In this document: positions 1-9,155 of the stretch, piece after piece
How positions within the stretch are numbered: the first letter of the stretch is position 1
Layout of the letters: each line of letters starts with the position of its first letter
Source of the DNA: a phage
Assembly (NCBI GenBank): GCA_022897995.1
Contig: GCA_022897995.1_4763.1
Direction: 5' to 3' (one strand)
Length of the DNA: 64,000 nt
Translations under genes and position numbers: made by a program
Notes under the pieces: generated by a model
The model's input: only the letters and a program-made list of their open reading frames with translations
What the model was told of the DNA's origin: nothing
The model's database searches: none

Positions 1-123
1 GTAGGCCGTTTTCGTGTATTCTCTTACACATCGCCAGATGGTAGTGTCTACAAATTTGGCTTAGATGAGAACGGAGAGAATGAAAATGAAAGTGTGGGAA
101 CTTTCATGAAATTTGAGTTATAA
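1..123 (+). CDS. 3' end of an unidentified upstream early gene (partial)
   Basis: Frame 1 is open from the window edge to TAA at 121-123; lies upstream of primase as in T4 early region. Confidence 0.3.
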   Translation, partial: VGRFRVFSYTSPDGSVYKFGLDENGENENESVGTFMKFEL

Positions 124-138
124 GAGGTTAATAACATC

Positions 139-693
139 ATGAAACGGTATTGTGATGAACATCCAGAAGAATGGAAAGACCTTGTTTATATGGGCGTATC
201 GTATCCAGAATATGAAATTAGTTCTTATGGTAAACTAAGAAATAAAGCCACTGGCAAGGTCAGATCAACTAAAATAACAAAAGGTTATGTCTCTTGTAAT
301 ATCAGAGATTACGCCAACAGAACAAAGTCAGGCAAGCCAAAGACCGTCGGCGTTTATATTCATAGGGCATTAGCAGAAGCATTTATACCAAATCCAAACA
401 ACTACCCTGTAGTAAATCACAAATTTGGTGATAAAAAAGATTTTGATCTGTATGGCCTTGAGTGGACAACACAAAGAGAAAATCTTATACACGCTAAAGA
501 AGAAGGATTGAACAAAAACTATGGAGAAACACACGGAAACGCAAAGTTAACTGACCATCAAGTAGAAGAGATCAGGTCTAAACAGGGTGTTGCGTCTGTA
601 AAAGAACTTGCTGTAATATACGGAGTGCACACGATAACCATAAGAAGAATATGGAAGAGTCAGACCAGAACATCACGATATAAAGAGAGGTGA
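139..693 (+). CDS. HNH homing endonuclease-like protein (Mob/HNH_3-like)
   Basis: 184 aa; motif NHKFGDKKDFDLYGLEWTTQRENLIHA typical of phage HNH homing endonucleases; C-terminal helix-turn-helix-like segment; RBS GAGG upstream. Confidence 0.65.
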   Translation: MKRYCDEHPEEWKDLVYMGVSYPEYEISSYGKLRNKATGKVRSTKITKGYVSCNIRDYANRTKSGKPKTVGVYIHRALAEAFIPNPNNYPVVNHKFGDKKDFDLYGLEWTTQRENLIHAKEEGLNKNYGETHGNAKLTDHQVEEIRSKQGVASVKELAVIYGVHTITIRRIWKSQTRTSRYKER

Positions 694-697
694 TATT

Positions 698-1726
698 ATG
701 ATATACTACGCAGATTGTGAGATTGCAGAGAAGGCGATATATGGTGAGAGAAACTTTAAACGCCTACACACTCAATCATTTACATTGGTATGCTCATGTC
801 CGATCTGCGGAGATTCCAAAAAGAATAGCACAATGGCGCGTTTCAGAATCTACACTTATAAAGACTCGTTACGTGCATCGTGTTTCAACTGTAACTATAA
901 TCAACCGTTAGGTGAATTTCTCAAACAGTATAAGCCGGACCTATTCAGGGAATGGCTTATGGAACGAAGGAAGGAACAAGGCGACCACAAGAACACCACG
1001 TTCAAGCCACTGAAAAAGGTAGAAAAGCCGGAGATTAAGAAAGTGCAAACATTGCCTTTCTGCGAGAGATTAGATACTCTTCCGGCTAATCATCCTATAA
1101 TAAAGTATGTCAGTGATCGCTGTATTCCTCACGATAAATGGGATCTTCTGTATTTCACGAGAGAATGGCAAAAGGTAGCAAATCACATTAAGGCGGATAC
1201 TTTCAAGAATCCACAACCTGAACCGCGTTTAGTGATTCCTATCTTTAACCGCGAGAACAAGATAGAATCCATTCAGGGGCGAGCATTGAGAAAGGATTAC
1301 GGAAAGACCAAATATATGACGATTAAAACTCATGAGTTAGCGAGTAAGGTCTATGGTCTTGAACGCGCCGATCCGAGTAAACCAGTGTATTTCTTAGAAG
1401 GTCCGATCGATTCATTGTTTATTGATAACGGGTGTGCAATTACTGGCGGTACTTTGGGATTAGATGAAATCCCTTTCCCAGACCAGCGAGTGTTTGTACT
1501 TGATGCGGAACCACGGTCTGCCGATACAATGCACCGACTGGAAAAGTTTATCAATGCAGGGGAAAAGATTGTTTTGTGGGACCGTTGCCCGTGGCATTCT
1601 AAAGACGTTAACGCCATGATTCAGGACGAGGGCGCTACACGCGACCAGATCATGGAATATATCAAAGAGAACACCGTACAAGGTCTGATGGCTAAAATGC
1701 GGTTTATGAAATATTGTAAATTTTAA
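698..1726 (+). CDS. 61: DNA primase (T4 gp61 homolog)
   Basis: 342 aa; zinc-ribbon CPICGDSKK...CFNCNYNQP and downstream blocks (PRLVIPIFN, YFLEGPIDSLFI, DVNAMIQDEGAT) match the T4 gp61 pattern as recalled. Confidence 0.9.
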   Translation: MIYYADCEIAEKAIYGERNFKRLHTQSFTLVCSCPICGDSKKNSTMARFRIYTYKDSLRASCFNCNYNQPLGEFLKQYKPDLFREWLMERRKEQGDHKNTTFKPLKKVEKPEIKKVQTLPFCERLDTLPANHPIIKYVSDRCIPHDKWDLLYFTREWQKVANHIKADTFKNPQPEPRLVIPIFNRENKIESIQGRALRKDYGKTKYMTIKTHELASKVYGLERADPSKPVYFLEGPIDSLFIDNGCAITGGTLGLDEIPFPDQRVFVLDAEPRSADTMHRLEKFINAGEKIVLWDRCPWHSKDVNAMIQDEGATRDQIMEYIKENTVQGLMAKMRFMKYCKF

Positions 1727-1734
1727 TTAATGAG

Positions 1735-2259
1735 GTGAATATGTCAGAATTTAATTCTTGTGCTGGTCTGGTTAACGAAAAAGATATTAACGCGGCTATC
1801 GCCGCATATCATCACGCGATTGCAGAAGGTAAAGATCCGTTTCAGGTGATGCTAGAAATGCAAACTGGTTTGCAGGTTGCACTATCCGAAAAATTTGATT
1901 GGGTCCCAAATCCAACTAAGCTAGAGACTTGCGGTGAAATGCTGGATTGGATGCAACGGATGGATGACGCTATCGCAGACGAAACACGAGAGCTTTACAC
2001 ATCGCTGGGTGGAATGTCCAATGGTAAAGATGCAAGTGCAATCTGGAAAATGTGGAAAAAGAACCACGGGGAAGCGCGAGCGCGTAAATTCTCTGAACTG
2101 TCACCAGAAGATCAGCTTGAAGTGAAATTTGAATTTGTGGACGCGATCCACTTCATTCTGTCAAAGATGATCCCGCTGGGTATTAACGCTCAAGAACTCT
2201 TTATTCTGTACTATCTGAAAAATGCTGAAAACTTCGCCCGTCAAGAACGCGGCTACTAA
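1735..2259 (+). CDS. 56: dCTP pyrophosphatase (T4 gp56 homolog, MazG-like)
   Basis: 174 aa; blocks KDPFQVMLEMQ, KLETCGEMLDWM, SPEDQLEVKFEFVD, LYYLKNAENFARQ match T4 dCTPase as recalled; position directly after gene 61. Confidence 0.85.
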   Translation: MNMSEFNSCAGLVNEKDINAAIAAYHHAIAEGKDPFQVMLEMQTGLQVALSEKFDWVPNPTKLETCGEMLDWMQRMDDAIADETRELYTSLGGMSNGKDASAIWKMWKKNHGEARARKFSELSPEDQLEVKFEFVDAIHFILSKMIPLGINAQELFILYYLKNAENFARQERGY

Positions 2260-2266
2260 AAATTAG

Positions 2267-2295
2267 TTGACGCTACTCTATAATGGTTTTATTAT
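2267..2295 (+). promoter_or_regulatory. Putative sigma70-type early promoter (TTGACG, 17 nt spacer, TATTAT)
   Basis: -35 TTGACG at 2267-2272, -10 TATTAT at 2290-2295; immediately followed by hairpin. Confidence 0.35.
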
Positions 2296-2327
2296 GCCTC
2301 CCGTCGAAAGATTGGAGGCTTTTTTAT
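2296..2327 (+). terminator. Rho-independent terminator-like hairpin after gene 56
   Basis: GCCTCC-loop-GGAGGC stem followed by TTTTTTATT; right arm contains GGAGG 10 nt before the ATG at 2329. Confidence 0.5.
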
Positions 2328-2328
2328 T

Positions 2329-2832
2329 ATGCAATTTACACCAGAAGAACTTAACATCATTGATGAAGTGATGAACTCTAAAGAAAATATCGATATGTCG
2401 ATCCTTAATGGATTGATTGAAAAGACTGAGCGGTTAGTGCATCATGAAGCCTTGTATCGCGGTGTGAGCAAAAGAGAAGGCCGTAAGCTGGATACCTTAA
2501 TTGTAGGTGATTCTTTCGTTGTAGAGCGTCCTATGAGCTTTACGCCACTGCAATCAACAGCAGAGGACTTTGCAACCGATGTTTATGCAACAGGAAAGAT
2601 TATTGCAATAAAACCTACCAAGCCTTGCATGAATTATTACGAACATGCTATTGACCGAGTGGTGTCTAAAGAGTATGACAATCCGACTACTCGACTGTCT
2701 TTGTATGCTATGTTGGCAGATGAGCGCGAGTGCATATACAAGACAGGGACGACCATGATCCTTGATGAGATCGAGGAAGTTTACGCGTGTAACGGCGATC
2801 TGATAGAGATTTACAAATTTTCTTTAATTTAA
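2329..2832 (+). CDS. Putative ADP-ribosyltransferase (ModA/ModB-like)
   Basis: 167 aa; candidate R-S-ExE triad (LYRG, SFT/QST, ERE); sits where modA/modB lie in T4 (between 56 and dda). Confidence 0.45.
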   Translation: MQFTPEELNIIDEVMNSKENIDMSILNGLIEKTERLVHHEALYRGVSKREGRKLDTLIVGDSFVVERPMSFTPLQSTAEDFATDVYATGKIIAIKPTKPCMNYYEHAIDRVVSKEYDNPTTRLSLYAMLADERECIYKTGTTMILDEIEEVYACNGDLIEIYKFSLI

Positions 2833-2835
2833 GTG

Positions 2836-2893
2836 TTGACAGCACAAACCAGATAGACAATAATACACACATACCAACTAAGGAGAATCAATT
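2836..2893 (+). promoter_or_regulatory. Early promoter cassette (TTGACA -35, ATAATA -10, conserved leader and RBS)
   Basis: TTGACA at 2836-2841; leader cacacataccaactaaggagaatcaatt shared with other cassettes; no stem-loop in this copy. Confidence 0.5.
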
Positions 2894-3649
2894 ATGAAAC
2901 TGTTTGCTTTTAAATCTAACGAAGAATTGGCGCTGGTTGTTTTCCGGCTGAACTCTATCATGGCTGGTGCTTCACGTCGCAACAAAGACTTCTCTATGAG
3001 CTTAGTCACTGTGCGTAACATTTACCGTCAGACTCATTGCGCCTATTCCGGTGAGGCTTTCGGTGAAGGTGATGATGGACTCTCCTTAGAGCGCATTGAT
3101 TGCAATCTAGGATATGTTGATGGCAATGTAATTCCGGTTAAACTGAAATACAATTCTTTCCGTGGCAATCACACTATCGAATCTCTTAAAGAGATCCAGG
3201 AACTAGGAACTAACGGTAAACTTTCTGATGATGAAATTGCCCTACGTGCGAAGTACATCGAGTGGATCGAACTTAACGAGAATCGCATCAAAAATCAGGA
3301 AATAGCAATCGAAGAAAAGAAGTTAGCAATCGAGCGCCACAAAAAGCACAACGAACCGGAGAAAGCAGAGGCAGCCGAGCGAGCGATTAAAAATACTCTC
3401 TTCCGTATGGAAGAACGTTATCAGAAAATTGCAGATCTCAAGCAAGCCCTTAGCGAAATCAACAAGAAAGAAGAAAAACTTAAGGCTATTGCAAACAATA
3501 CCGAAATCGTGCTAAAATATACCAGCGTTTTGATTGAATCTCTTTCTAAGTATGAGAACTTAACGCCAGCACAAAAAGAACGCGTGAAATACGGGCTTCC
3601 GATTGATGCGTCGTGGATTGAATTGATGAAAGCGAAGGTAGGTTTATAA
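2894..3649 (+). CDS. Hypothetical protein with coiled-coil C-terminal half
   Basis: 251 aa ORF with RBS AAGGAG; N-terminal SLERID...GNVIPV...NSFRGNH weakly His-Me-finger-like; K/E-rich C-terminal half. Confidence 0.4.
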   Translation: MKLFAFKSNEELALVVFRLNSIMAGASRRNKDFSMSLVTVRNIYRQTHCAYSGEAFGEGDDGLSLERIDCNLGYVDGNVIPVKLKYNSFRGNHTIESLKEIQELGTNGKLSDDEIALRAKYIEWIELNENRIKNQEIAIEEKKLAIERHKKHNEPEKAEAAERAIKNTLFRMEERYQKIADLKQALSEINKKEEKLKAIANNTEIVLKYTSVLIESLSKYENLTPAQKERVKYGLPIDASWIELMKAKVGL

Positions 3650-3963
3650 TGCATGTATTTGCTGTATGTTATCGTGATAAAGACGGATTCTTTCAATACT
3701 CAGTGGACGCGAAAGGTCGCGTCCTAACTTGCGAAACACATGATGCTGCGTTAGCGTCAATGTGTGATCAGATAGATTATTGTGAGAGTCTATTGGCGGG
3801 TGAACCGAAATACAAGGTTGTGCCTAAAAGAAAATTTGGTATAATCCGGTCTTCTGAAATTGTTCGGGATGGTATCGAATATAAAATTCCTGAATATGAA
3901 AAAGAACGGGTACGGCGAGAACTCAATACTATCTGTGTTCGCAAGGTGAGGATTTTAGGATAA
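3649..3963 (+). CDS. Hypothetical protein
   Basis: 104 aa ORF; start overlaps the preceding stop (TAATG); same-strand operon context. Confidence 0.35.
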   Translation: MHVFAVCYRDKDGFFQYSVDAKGRVLTCETHDAALASMCDQIDYCESLLAGEPKYKVVPKRKFGIIRSSEIVRDGIEYKIPEYEKERVRRELNTICVRKVRILG

Positions 3964-5354
3964 TGAGCAGAGTATTAACTTTCGATATGTTAACAGACGG
4001 GCAAAAACATGCTTTTGATGTTCTAATGAAACGCATTGAACAAAAGAAGCATACAACTGTCCGTGGTGCGGCGGGTACTGGTAAAACCGCAATGATGAAA
4101 TTCATTGTTCAGGAAATGGTCCGCCGTGGTGTAACTGGTGTGGTTTTGGCAACGCCTACCCACCAGGCTAAAAAAGTTTTGAGTAAAGCGGTAGGTCGTC
4201 AAGCATTTACTTTACATGCACTACTGCGACTAAACCCGACCAACTATGAAGATACTCAAGTATTTGAGCAAAAAGATACTCCTAAGCTAGATGATGTTCA
4301 GATCATCATTGTTGATGAAGCGAGTATGGTCGATAAGAAACTATTTGATATTCTCATGAAGAGTATCAACGGTCGAATTGTTATTATTGCCGTGGGTGAT
4401 CTGTACCAGTTACGACCAGTTGATCCGAGCGGTGCAACGTCGATCTCTCCTTTCTTCACCGATGAAAGGTTTCAGAATGTAGAACTTACAGAGATTAAAC
4501 GATCTAATGCGCCAATAATTGATGTGGCGACCGCTGTCCGTAATGGTAAATGGGTATTCGAAAAGCAGTGCGGTAACGAGGGTGTATTCCATAGCTCAAC
4601 TCTGCCGGAGTTTATGAAGCATTATTTCGAAACCGTTAAAACGCCGGAAGACCTTCTAGAAAACCGTATTCTGGCCTACACTAACAAGAGCGTCGAAAAA
4701 CTCAATGAAATTGTACGTAAGCGCGTTTATAACACCGATGAACCAGTGATTGTAGATGAAATTCTGGTTACTCAGGAACCATTGATCGAATATCTGCGAG
4801 ATGAACGCGGGAAGAAGATCCCCAATGTTATTTTTAACAATGGTGAGATGATCCGAGTTAAAGAGGTCATCCCGCGTGAATTTACATTACGTTGCACGGG
4901 GGTAGATCCGCAACCAGTTTTAGGCTATACTCTGAAAGTGGAAAGCGTCGATGATGACGAAGACAAAGAAATCCTAAATCAGAAAGTCGGTTTAGATGCG
5001 GTCGGAATCACTACAGATAAACCAGATTTAGTAGAAATCAACATTCTGACAGAACAACGTCAGAAGAACATTTTCTCTATCTATCTGAATACGGTCGCCG
5101 GACAATATCGCGAAATGAAGAAAGAGAATCCAAAATTTAAACCAGATTGGGATTCATTCTGGACGATGAAGCGTATGTTCTTGAATGTAAAAGCATTACC
5201 AGCTTGCACCATTCATAAGTCACAAGGGATCAGCGTAGACCGCGTGTTCCTGTATACTCCTTGCATGTGTACAGACAATGTTGACTTTGAATTGGCAATG
5301 CAGTTATTATATGTGGGTGTTACCCGTGCGAGGTATCGAGTAGACTATATTTGA
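3963..5354 (+). CDS. dda: Dda-like SF1 DNA helicase
   Basis: 463 aa; Walker A GAAGTGKT, IIVDEASMV, and C-terminal blocks (KRSNAPIIDVATAVRNGKW, LLYVGVTRARY) match T4 Dda as recalled. Confidence 0.9.
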   Translation: MSRVLTFDMLTDGQKHAFDVLMKRIEQKKHTTVRGAAGTGKTAMMKFIVQEMVRRGVTGVVLATPTHQAKKVLSKAVGRQAFTLHALLRLNPTNYEDTQVFEQKDTPKLDDVQIIIVDEASMVDKKLFDILMKSINGRIVIIAVGDLYQLRPVDPSGATSISPFFTDERFQNVELTEIKRSNAPIIDVATAVRNGKWVFEKQCGNEGVFHSSTLPEFMKHYFETVKTPEDLLENRILAYTNKSVEKLNEIVRKRVYNTDEPVIVDEILVTQEPLIEYLRDERGKKIPNVIFNNGEMIRVKEVIPREFTLRCTGVDPQPVLGYTLKVESVDDDEDKEILNQKVGLDAVGITTDKPDLVEINILTEQRQKNIFSIYLNTVAGQYREMKKENPKFKPDWDSFWTMKRMFLNVKALPACTIHKSQGISVDRVFLYTPCMCTDNVDFELAMQLLYVGVTRARYRVDYI

Positions 5355-5364
5355 GGAAATTATT

Positions 5365-5532
5365 ATGATTATGCGAAGTATCCCAGAATTTAATGATGTG
5401 ACGGTAAGCCGTCACAATGGAACTGTTACCATGTGCTTTAGATGGGGTCTATACGGCTGGAACGTGTCCGGCGATAGTGAAGCTGCATGTATCAATAAAA
5501 TGATCGAGCATTTCACTAAGCGAGGTTTTTGA
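5365..5532 (+). CDS. Small hypothetical protein (55 aa), paralog A
   Basis: ATG after Dda stop; ends ...AACINKMIEHFTKRGF; below ORF-track size cutoff. Confidence 0.3.
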   Translation: MIMRSIPEFNDVTVSRHNGTVTMCFRWGLYGWNVSGDSEAACINKMIEHFTKRGF

Positions 5533-5533
5533 T

Positions 5534-5710
5534 ATGGCTAATGAAGCTAGAAGAACGAAGGGTTTAGATACGCGGTGTAAGCCAAAAATGACAAACGAAC
5601 AGTTACAGGATTTTTTGGCTGTAGCTCTTAATTCGTCAAAAAAATCTCGTGACTACCAAGCTGAATGTATCAATAAAATCCCAGAACATTCCACTAAGCG
5701 AGGGTTTTGA
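5534..5710 (+). CDS. Small hypothetical protein (58 aa), paralog B
   Basis: Starts 2 nt after paralog A stop; ends ...AECINKIPEHSTKRGF; about 55 nt of the 3' end is a near-repeat of paralog A. Confidence 0.3.
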   Translation: MANEARRTKGLDTRCKPKMTNEQLQDFLAVALNSSKKSRDYQAECINKIPEHSTKRGF

Positions 5711-5711
5711 T

Positions 5712-5954
5712 ATGGTTGTTATTAATAATGTGGCTAATGTAATACATCTACAATCAATTGTCGCGTGGAACCGTCAAAAGATTCATTGTGACTATGCACA
5801 ACATGTAATGAATTTTAACAACAAAGTACGCGCATACATGGCAACGGAACGACTGTTAACCGATAATTACGGTAACGGGATTATTGATTGTAGCGGTTTC
5901 ATTCTGGATAAAAACGATCTGGAGTTGTTCCGGCATATCGCGGAGGATATTTAA
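5712..5954 (+). CDS. Hypothetical protein
   Basis: 80 aa from ATG 5712 (TGATATG junction like the two preceding small ORFs); the track ORF starts further upstream in the same frame. Confidence 0.35.
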   Translation: MVVINNVANVIHLQSIVAWNRQKIHCDYAQHVMNFNNKVRAYMATERLLTDNYGNGIIDCSGFILDKNDLELFRHIAEDI

Positions 5955-5955
5955 A

Positions 5956-6624
5956 ATGCTTCCAGTGGATTTAATGATTGACTTTGAAAGTTTAGGTTAT
6001 CCGCCTGATGGGGTGGTGATCAATATGGCGGCAATCGGGTTTAAAGAAGATCCGCACAATCCACCTACATTTAAAGAACTGGTTGACAATTCCTTTCTGG
6101 TAAAATTTGATATTCCTTCCCAGAAAGGTGTAAGGGTGTTTGATCATGGTGTGGTTGAATGGTGGAAGAATACCGCCTCAGAAGGCATGAGAAAGCAATT
6201 AATCACAAATGGTACGGAAGTATCAACTAAAGAAGGTTTAGCGCGTTTTAACGCATTCTGTGAATCTGTAGGAGTAGATCCGGTTAAATCCGTAATGTGG
6301 TCACGCGGTAATGCGTTTGATATTCCGTTACTAGTTGATATGATCCGCCGTGCACACAATACACGAGAGACGTTCAGCCTTGAACCTGTGCGATTCTGGA
6401 ATATCAGAGATGTTCGCACCGCCATTGAGCGTACATTGATGCATCGCGGGATGTGTGAGTGTCCGTTACCAATGGGTACGCTAGATGGTTTTATCGCACA
6501 TGATGCAATTCATGATTGCGCTCGCGATATTCTTATGCTAATCTATGCACAACGTTATGCTATGGGTCTGGAAGACCTACCAGAAAATCCAGATCCAAAT
6601 TCAGTTAAGAAACAAAGGGGATAA
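5956..6624 (+). CDS. dexA: Exonuclease A (DexA, DEDD 3'-5' exonuclease)
   Basis: 222 aa from ATG 5956; blocks IDFESLGY, VEWWKN, LLVDMIRR, LEPVRFWNIRDVRT, GTLDGFIAHDAIHDCA match T4 DexA as recalled. Confidence 0.8.
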   Translation: MLPVDLMIDFESLGYPPDGVVINMAAIGFKEDPHNPPTFKELVDNSFLVKFDIPSQKGVRVFDHGVVEWWKNTASEGMRKQLITNGTEVSTKEGLARFNAFCESVGVDPVKSVMWSRGNAFDIPLLVDMIRRAHNTRETFSLEPVRFWNIRDVRTAIERTLMHRGMCECPLPMGTLDGFIAHDAIHDCARDILMLIYAQRYAMGLEDLPENPDPNSVKKQRG

Positions 6625-6625
6625 T

Positions 6626-6799
6626 ATGCCATTATACGATTATTCTTGTGAAGAACACGGTCAATTTCAGAAAATCCGCAAAATTTCCGAGCGTGAAAAG
6701 GCAGAATGCCCTGAATGTGGTAAAGAATGCAAACAGGGATTAACTGCCCCGCGCGGGATTAATGGCGGGTACTATGATAAAAATGTGCGCGTGTCATGA
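6626..6799 (+). CDS. FmdB-family-like zinc-ribbon protein
   Basis: 57 aa from ATG 6626; MPLYDYSCEEHG...CPECG pattern typical of FmdB-type zinc ribbons. Confidence 0.45.
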   Translation: MPLYDYSCEEHGQFQKIRKISEREKAECPECGKECKQGLTAPRGINGGYYDKNVRVS

Positions 6800-6808
6800 G
6801 TCATATAC

Positions 6809-6836
6809 TTGACAATCACTCAATTTTTAATATGAT
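6809..6836 (+). promoter_or_regulatory. Putative early promoter upstream of gene 39
   Basis: TTGACA at 6809-6814, 16 nt spacer, TATGAT at 6831-6836. Confidence 0.4.
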
Positions 6837-6898
6837 TGTTGCAGCCGTCTTTGTGGCGGTTGCAGTAAGTTATGGTTATGTTATGAAGAGGTTTAATA

Positions 6899-8722
6899 AT
6901 GAGTGAGTTTCGCATTTTATCTGATCGTGAACATGTCCTTAAGCGTGCAGGAATGTATATAGGATCAACAACTTACGAAGAACATCAACGTTTCCTGTTC
7001 GGTAAATGGACAAAAATTTCATACGTTCCTGGACTGGTTAAAATCATTGATGAGATCATCGACAACTCTGTAGACGAGGCGATCCGCACTAACTTTGAAT
7101 TTGCCAATGTGATTAGCGTCGATATCCAAAACAATATTGTTACGGTAACAGACAATGGTCGCGGTATTCCTCAACATATGGTTACTACCCCAGAGGGCAC
7201 GCAGATTCCGCAACCTGTAGCCGCATGGACACGAACAAAAGCAGGGTCTAACTTTGATGATACCAATCGATTAACGCAAGGGATGAACGGTGTTGGGTCG
7301 TCGTTGTCAAATTTCTTTAGCGATTGGTTTACTGGTGTAACCTGTGACGGCGAAACAGAAATGACCGTTCAATGCACAAACGGTGCTGAAAATATCACAT
7401 GGTCATCAAAACCATCAAAATTGAAGGGAACGAAGGTTACATTTTGTCCAGACTTCGACCACTTCGAAGGTTATATGATGGACAACTCTGTTTTAGATAT
7501 TGTTCATGATCGTCTGCAATCATTGAGCGTAATATTTCCTAAGATCACGTTTAAGTTTAATGGTAAACGTATTGTTAGTAAGTTCAAGGATTATGCTAAA
7601 CTATACAATGATGATCCGTTTGTCATTGAAGATAAAAACTTTTCACTTGCCCTAGTTCCTGCGGTCGAGGGAGAAGGTTTTAAATCAGTATCCTTTGCTA
7701 ATGGTCTGTTTACCAAAAACGGGGGAACACACGTAGACTACGTGACAGATGATCTTTGTGAAGAGATTGTAAAACGAATCAAGAAAGAATATAAGGTTGA
7801 TGTTACTAAAGCTGCGGTTAAGTCTGGATTGACCTGTATTCTTATTGTTCGTGAATTGCCTAACCTTCGTTTTGATTCACAGACAAAAGAACGATTGACT
7901 AACCCGACTGGTGATATCAAGCGTCATATTGATCTTGATTTTAAAAAGCTGGCTAAAGTCATTGCGAAGAAAGAAAACATTATCATGCCTATTATTGCTG
8001 TAGTCCTGGCACGCAAAGAGGCAGCCGATAAAGCGGCAGCGACTAAGGCAGCAAAGGCAGCAAAACGGGCTAAGGTGGCAAAACACGTTAAAGCTAACCT
8101 TATTGGAACTGACGCAGAAACTACCCTGTTTTTGACGGAAGGTGATTCCGCGATCAACTATCTGATCTCTGTACGTGATCAAGATTTACATGGCGGTTTC
8201 CCGTTGCGAGGCAAAACTCTTACAACGTGGGAACAACCGGAGGCAAAGATCGTTAAGAACGCCGAAATTTTTAACATCATGGCGATCACTGGCTTGCAAT
8301 TTGGTGTTGATGCATTGGAAGTTATGCAATACAAAAATATTGCGATTATGACAGACGCTGATACTGACGGGATCGGGTCTATTAAACCTAGTCTGATCTC
8401 TTTCTTTGCACGTTGGCCTGAATTGTTCGAAGATGGACGAATCCGGTTTATCAAAACACCTATTATCATTGCTGAACCAAAGAAAGGTGATGATGTTCGA
8501 TGGTATTATGACCTAGAAGATTTCGAGAACGACCGAGATAATATCAAAGGTTACAACATTCGATATATCAAAGGTTTAGCATCGCTCACAGAATCCGACT
8601 ATCATCGCGTGATCAACGATCCTGTCATGGAGATCATCACGTTACCGGAAAACTATAAAGAGCTATTCGATTTGCTCTATAGTGAAGATGCAGATCAGCG
8701 CAAAATTTGGATGTGTAGCTAA
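6899..8722 (+). CDS. 39: DNA topoisomerase II large (GyrB-like ATPase) subunit, single-ORF gp39 with gp60-equivalent region
   Basis: 607 aa; GHKL ATPase N-terminus, Toprim-like IMTDADTDG; contiguous ORF with an Ala/Lys-rich linker; no bypass or split. Confidence 0.9.
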   Translation: MSEFRILSDREHVLKRAGMYIGSTTYEEHQRFLFGKWTKISYVPGLVKIIDEIIDNSVDEAIRTNFEFANVISVDIQNNIVTVTDNGRGIPQHMVTTPEGTQIPQPVAAWTRTKAGSNFDDTNRLTQGMNGVGSSLSNFFSDWFTGVTCDGETEMTVQCTNGAENITWSSKPSKLKGTKVTFCPDFDHFEGYMMDNSVLDIVHDRLQSLSVIFPKITFKFNGKRIVSKFKDYAKLYNDDPFVIEDKNFSLALVPAVEGEGFKSVSFANGLFTKNGGTHVDYVTDDLCEEIVKRIKKEYKVDVTKAAVKSGLTCILIVRELPNLRFDSQTKERLTNPTGDIKRHIDLDFKKLAKVIAKKENIIMPIIAVVLARKEAADKAAATKAAKAAKRAKVAKHVKANLIGTDAETTLFLTEGDSAINYLISVRDQDLHGGFPLRGKTLTTWEQPEAKIVKNAEIFNIMAITGLQFGVDALEVMQYKNIAIMTDADTDGIGSIKPSLISFFARWPELFEDGRIRFIKTPIIIAEPKKGDDVRWYYDLEDFENDRDNIKGYNIRYIKGLASLTESDYHRVINDPVMEIITLPENYKELFDLLYSEDADQRKIWMCS

Positions 8723-8728
8723 AAATAC

Positions 8729-8790
8729 TTGACATAAAAGGGAGATTCTCTATAATGGGAGTCTCCCTTTTCTTTTATGAGGATTAAACA
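8729..8790 (+). promoter_or_regulatory. PeSL-like promoter cassette overlapping the gene 39 terminator
   Basis: TTGACA 8729-8734, TATAAT 8751-8756 inside the loop of GGGAGA/TCTCCC stem, then T-run. Confidence 0.5.
8740..8776 (+). terminator. Rho-independent terminator after gene 39
   Basis: GGGAGA...TCTCCC hairpin followed by TTTTCTTTT. Confidence 0.5.
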
Positions 8791-9090
8791 ATGAGCAAAA
8801 AGAATAATATGATGATGAGTATGGCAAAGTTTATGGAAGCGGACCTGATCAAAAATACAGTACAACATGAACGCCAGCGAGAAGCCGCAGTGATTGCAGA
8901 ACAAGGTTTTCAGGTTATCCGCAATCCACCTAAAGACACGGTTAAATCGAAATACAGAGACGATCTGAAAGACCATGAAGTACGGGAACTGGTTAATGAT
9001 CTGCGTGACATTGCCATCAAATATCATGGTTATCAGTGCTTACGAGAACTGATTGCATCGCGAGTAATGGATGCCCTGAAAAAAGATTAA
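8791..9090 (+). CDS. Hypothetical protein
   Basis: 99 aa ORF downstream of promoter cassette with RBS GAGGA. Confidence 0.35.
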   Translation: MSKKNNMMMSMAKFMEADLIKNTVQHERQREAAVIAEQGFQVIRNPPKDTVKSKYRDDLKDHEVRELVNDLRDIAIKYHGYQCLRELIASRVMDALKKD

Positions 9091-9096
9091 AATCTG

Positions 9097-9155
9097 TTGA
9101 CACCGGATCGGGGATATATCATAATGTCCCCATCGAAAACAAAAGGTTGACTTAT
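9097..9155 (+). promoter_or_regulatory. PeSL-like promoter cassette
   Basis: TTGACA 9097-9102, CATAAT 9120-9125 between GGGGA and TCCCC arms, leader ccatcgaaaac. Confidence 0.5.

Noticed and set aside
717-911. Short ORFs from the track nested inside or antisense to large recognised genes (for example 717-911, 1351-1617, 4410-4592, 7877-8182, 10129-10407, 28804-29322, 39028-39219)
   Set aside because: They overlap genes with clear homologs and show no RBS or domain signal of their own; treated as shadow ORFs
2267-2284. TTGACG followed by TATAAT at 2279-2284 as a promoter
   Set aside because: Spacer is only 6 nt; the downstream TATTAT at 2290-2295 gives a workable 17 nt spacer instead
8020-8090. 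Ala/Lys-rich repetitive stretch in gene 39 as a repeat or junction of two genes
   Set aside because: It is in frame within one continuous ORF and behaves as a low-complexity linker
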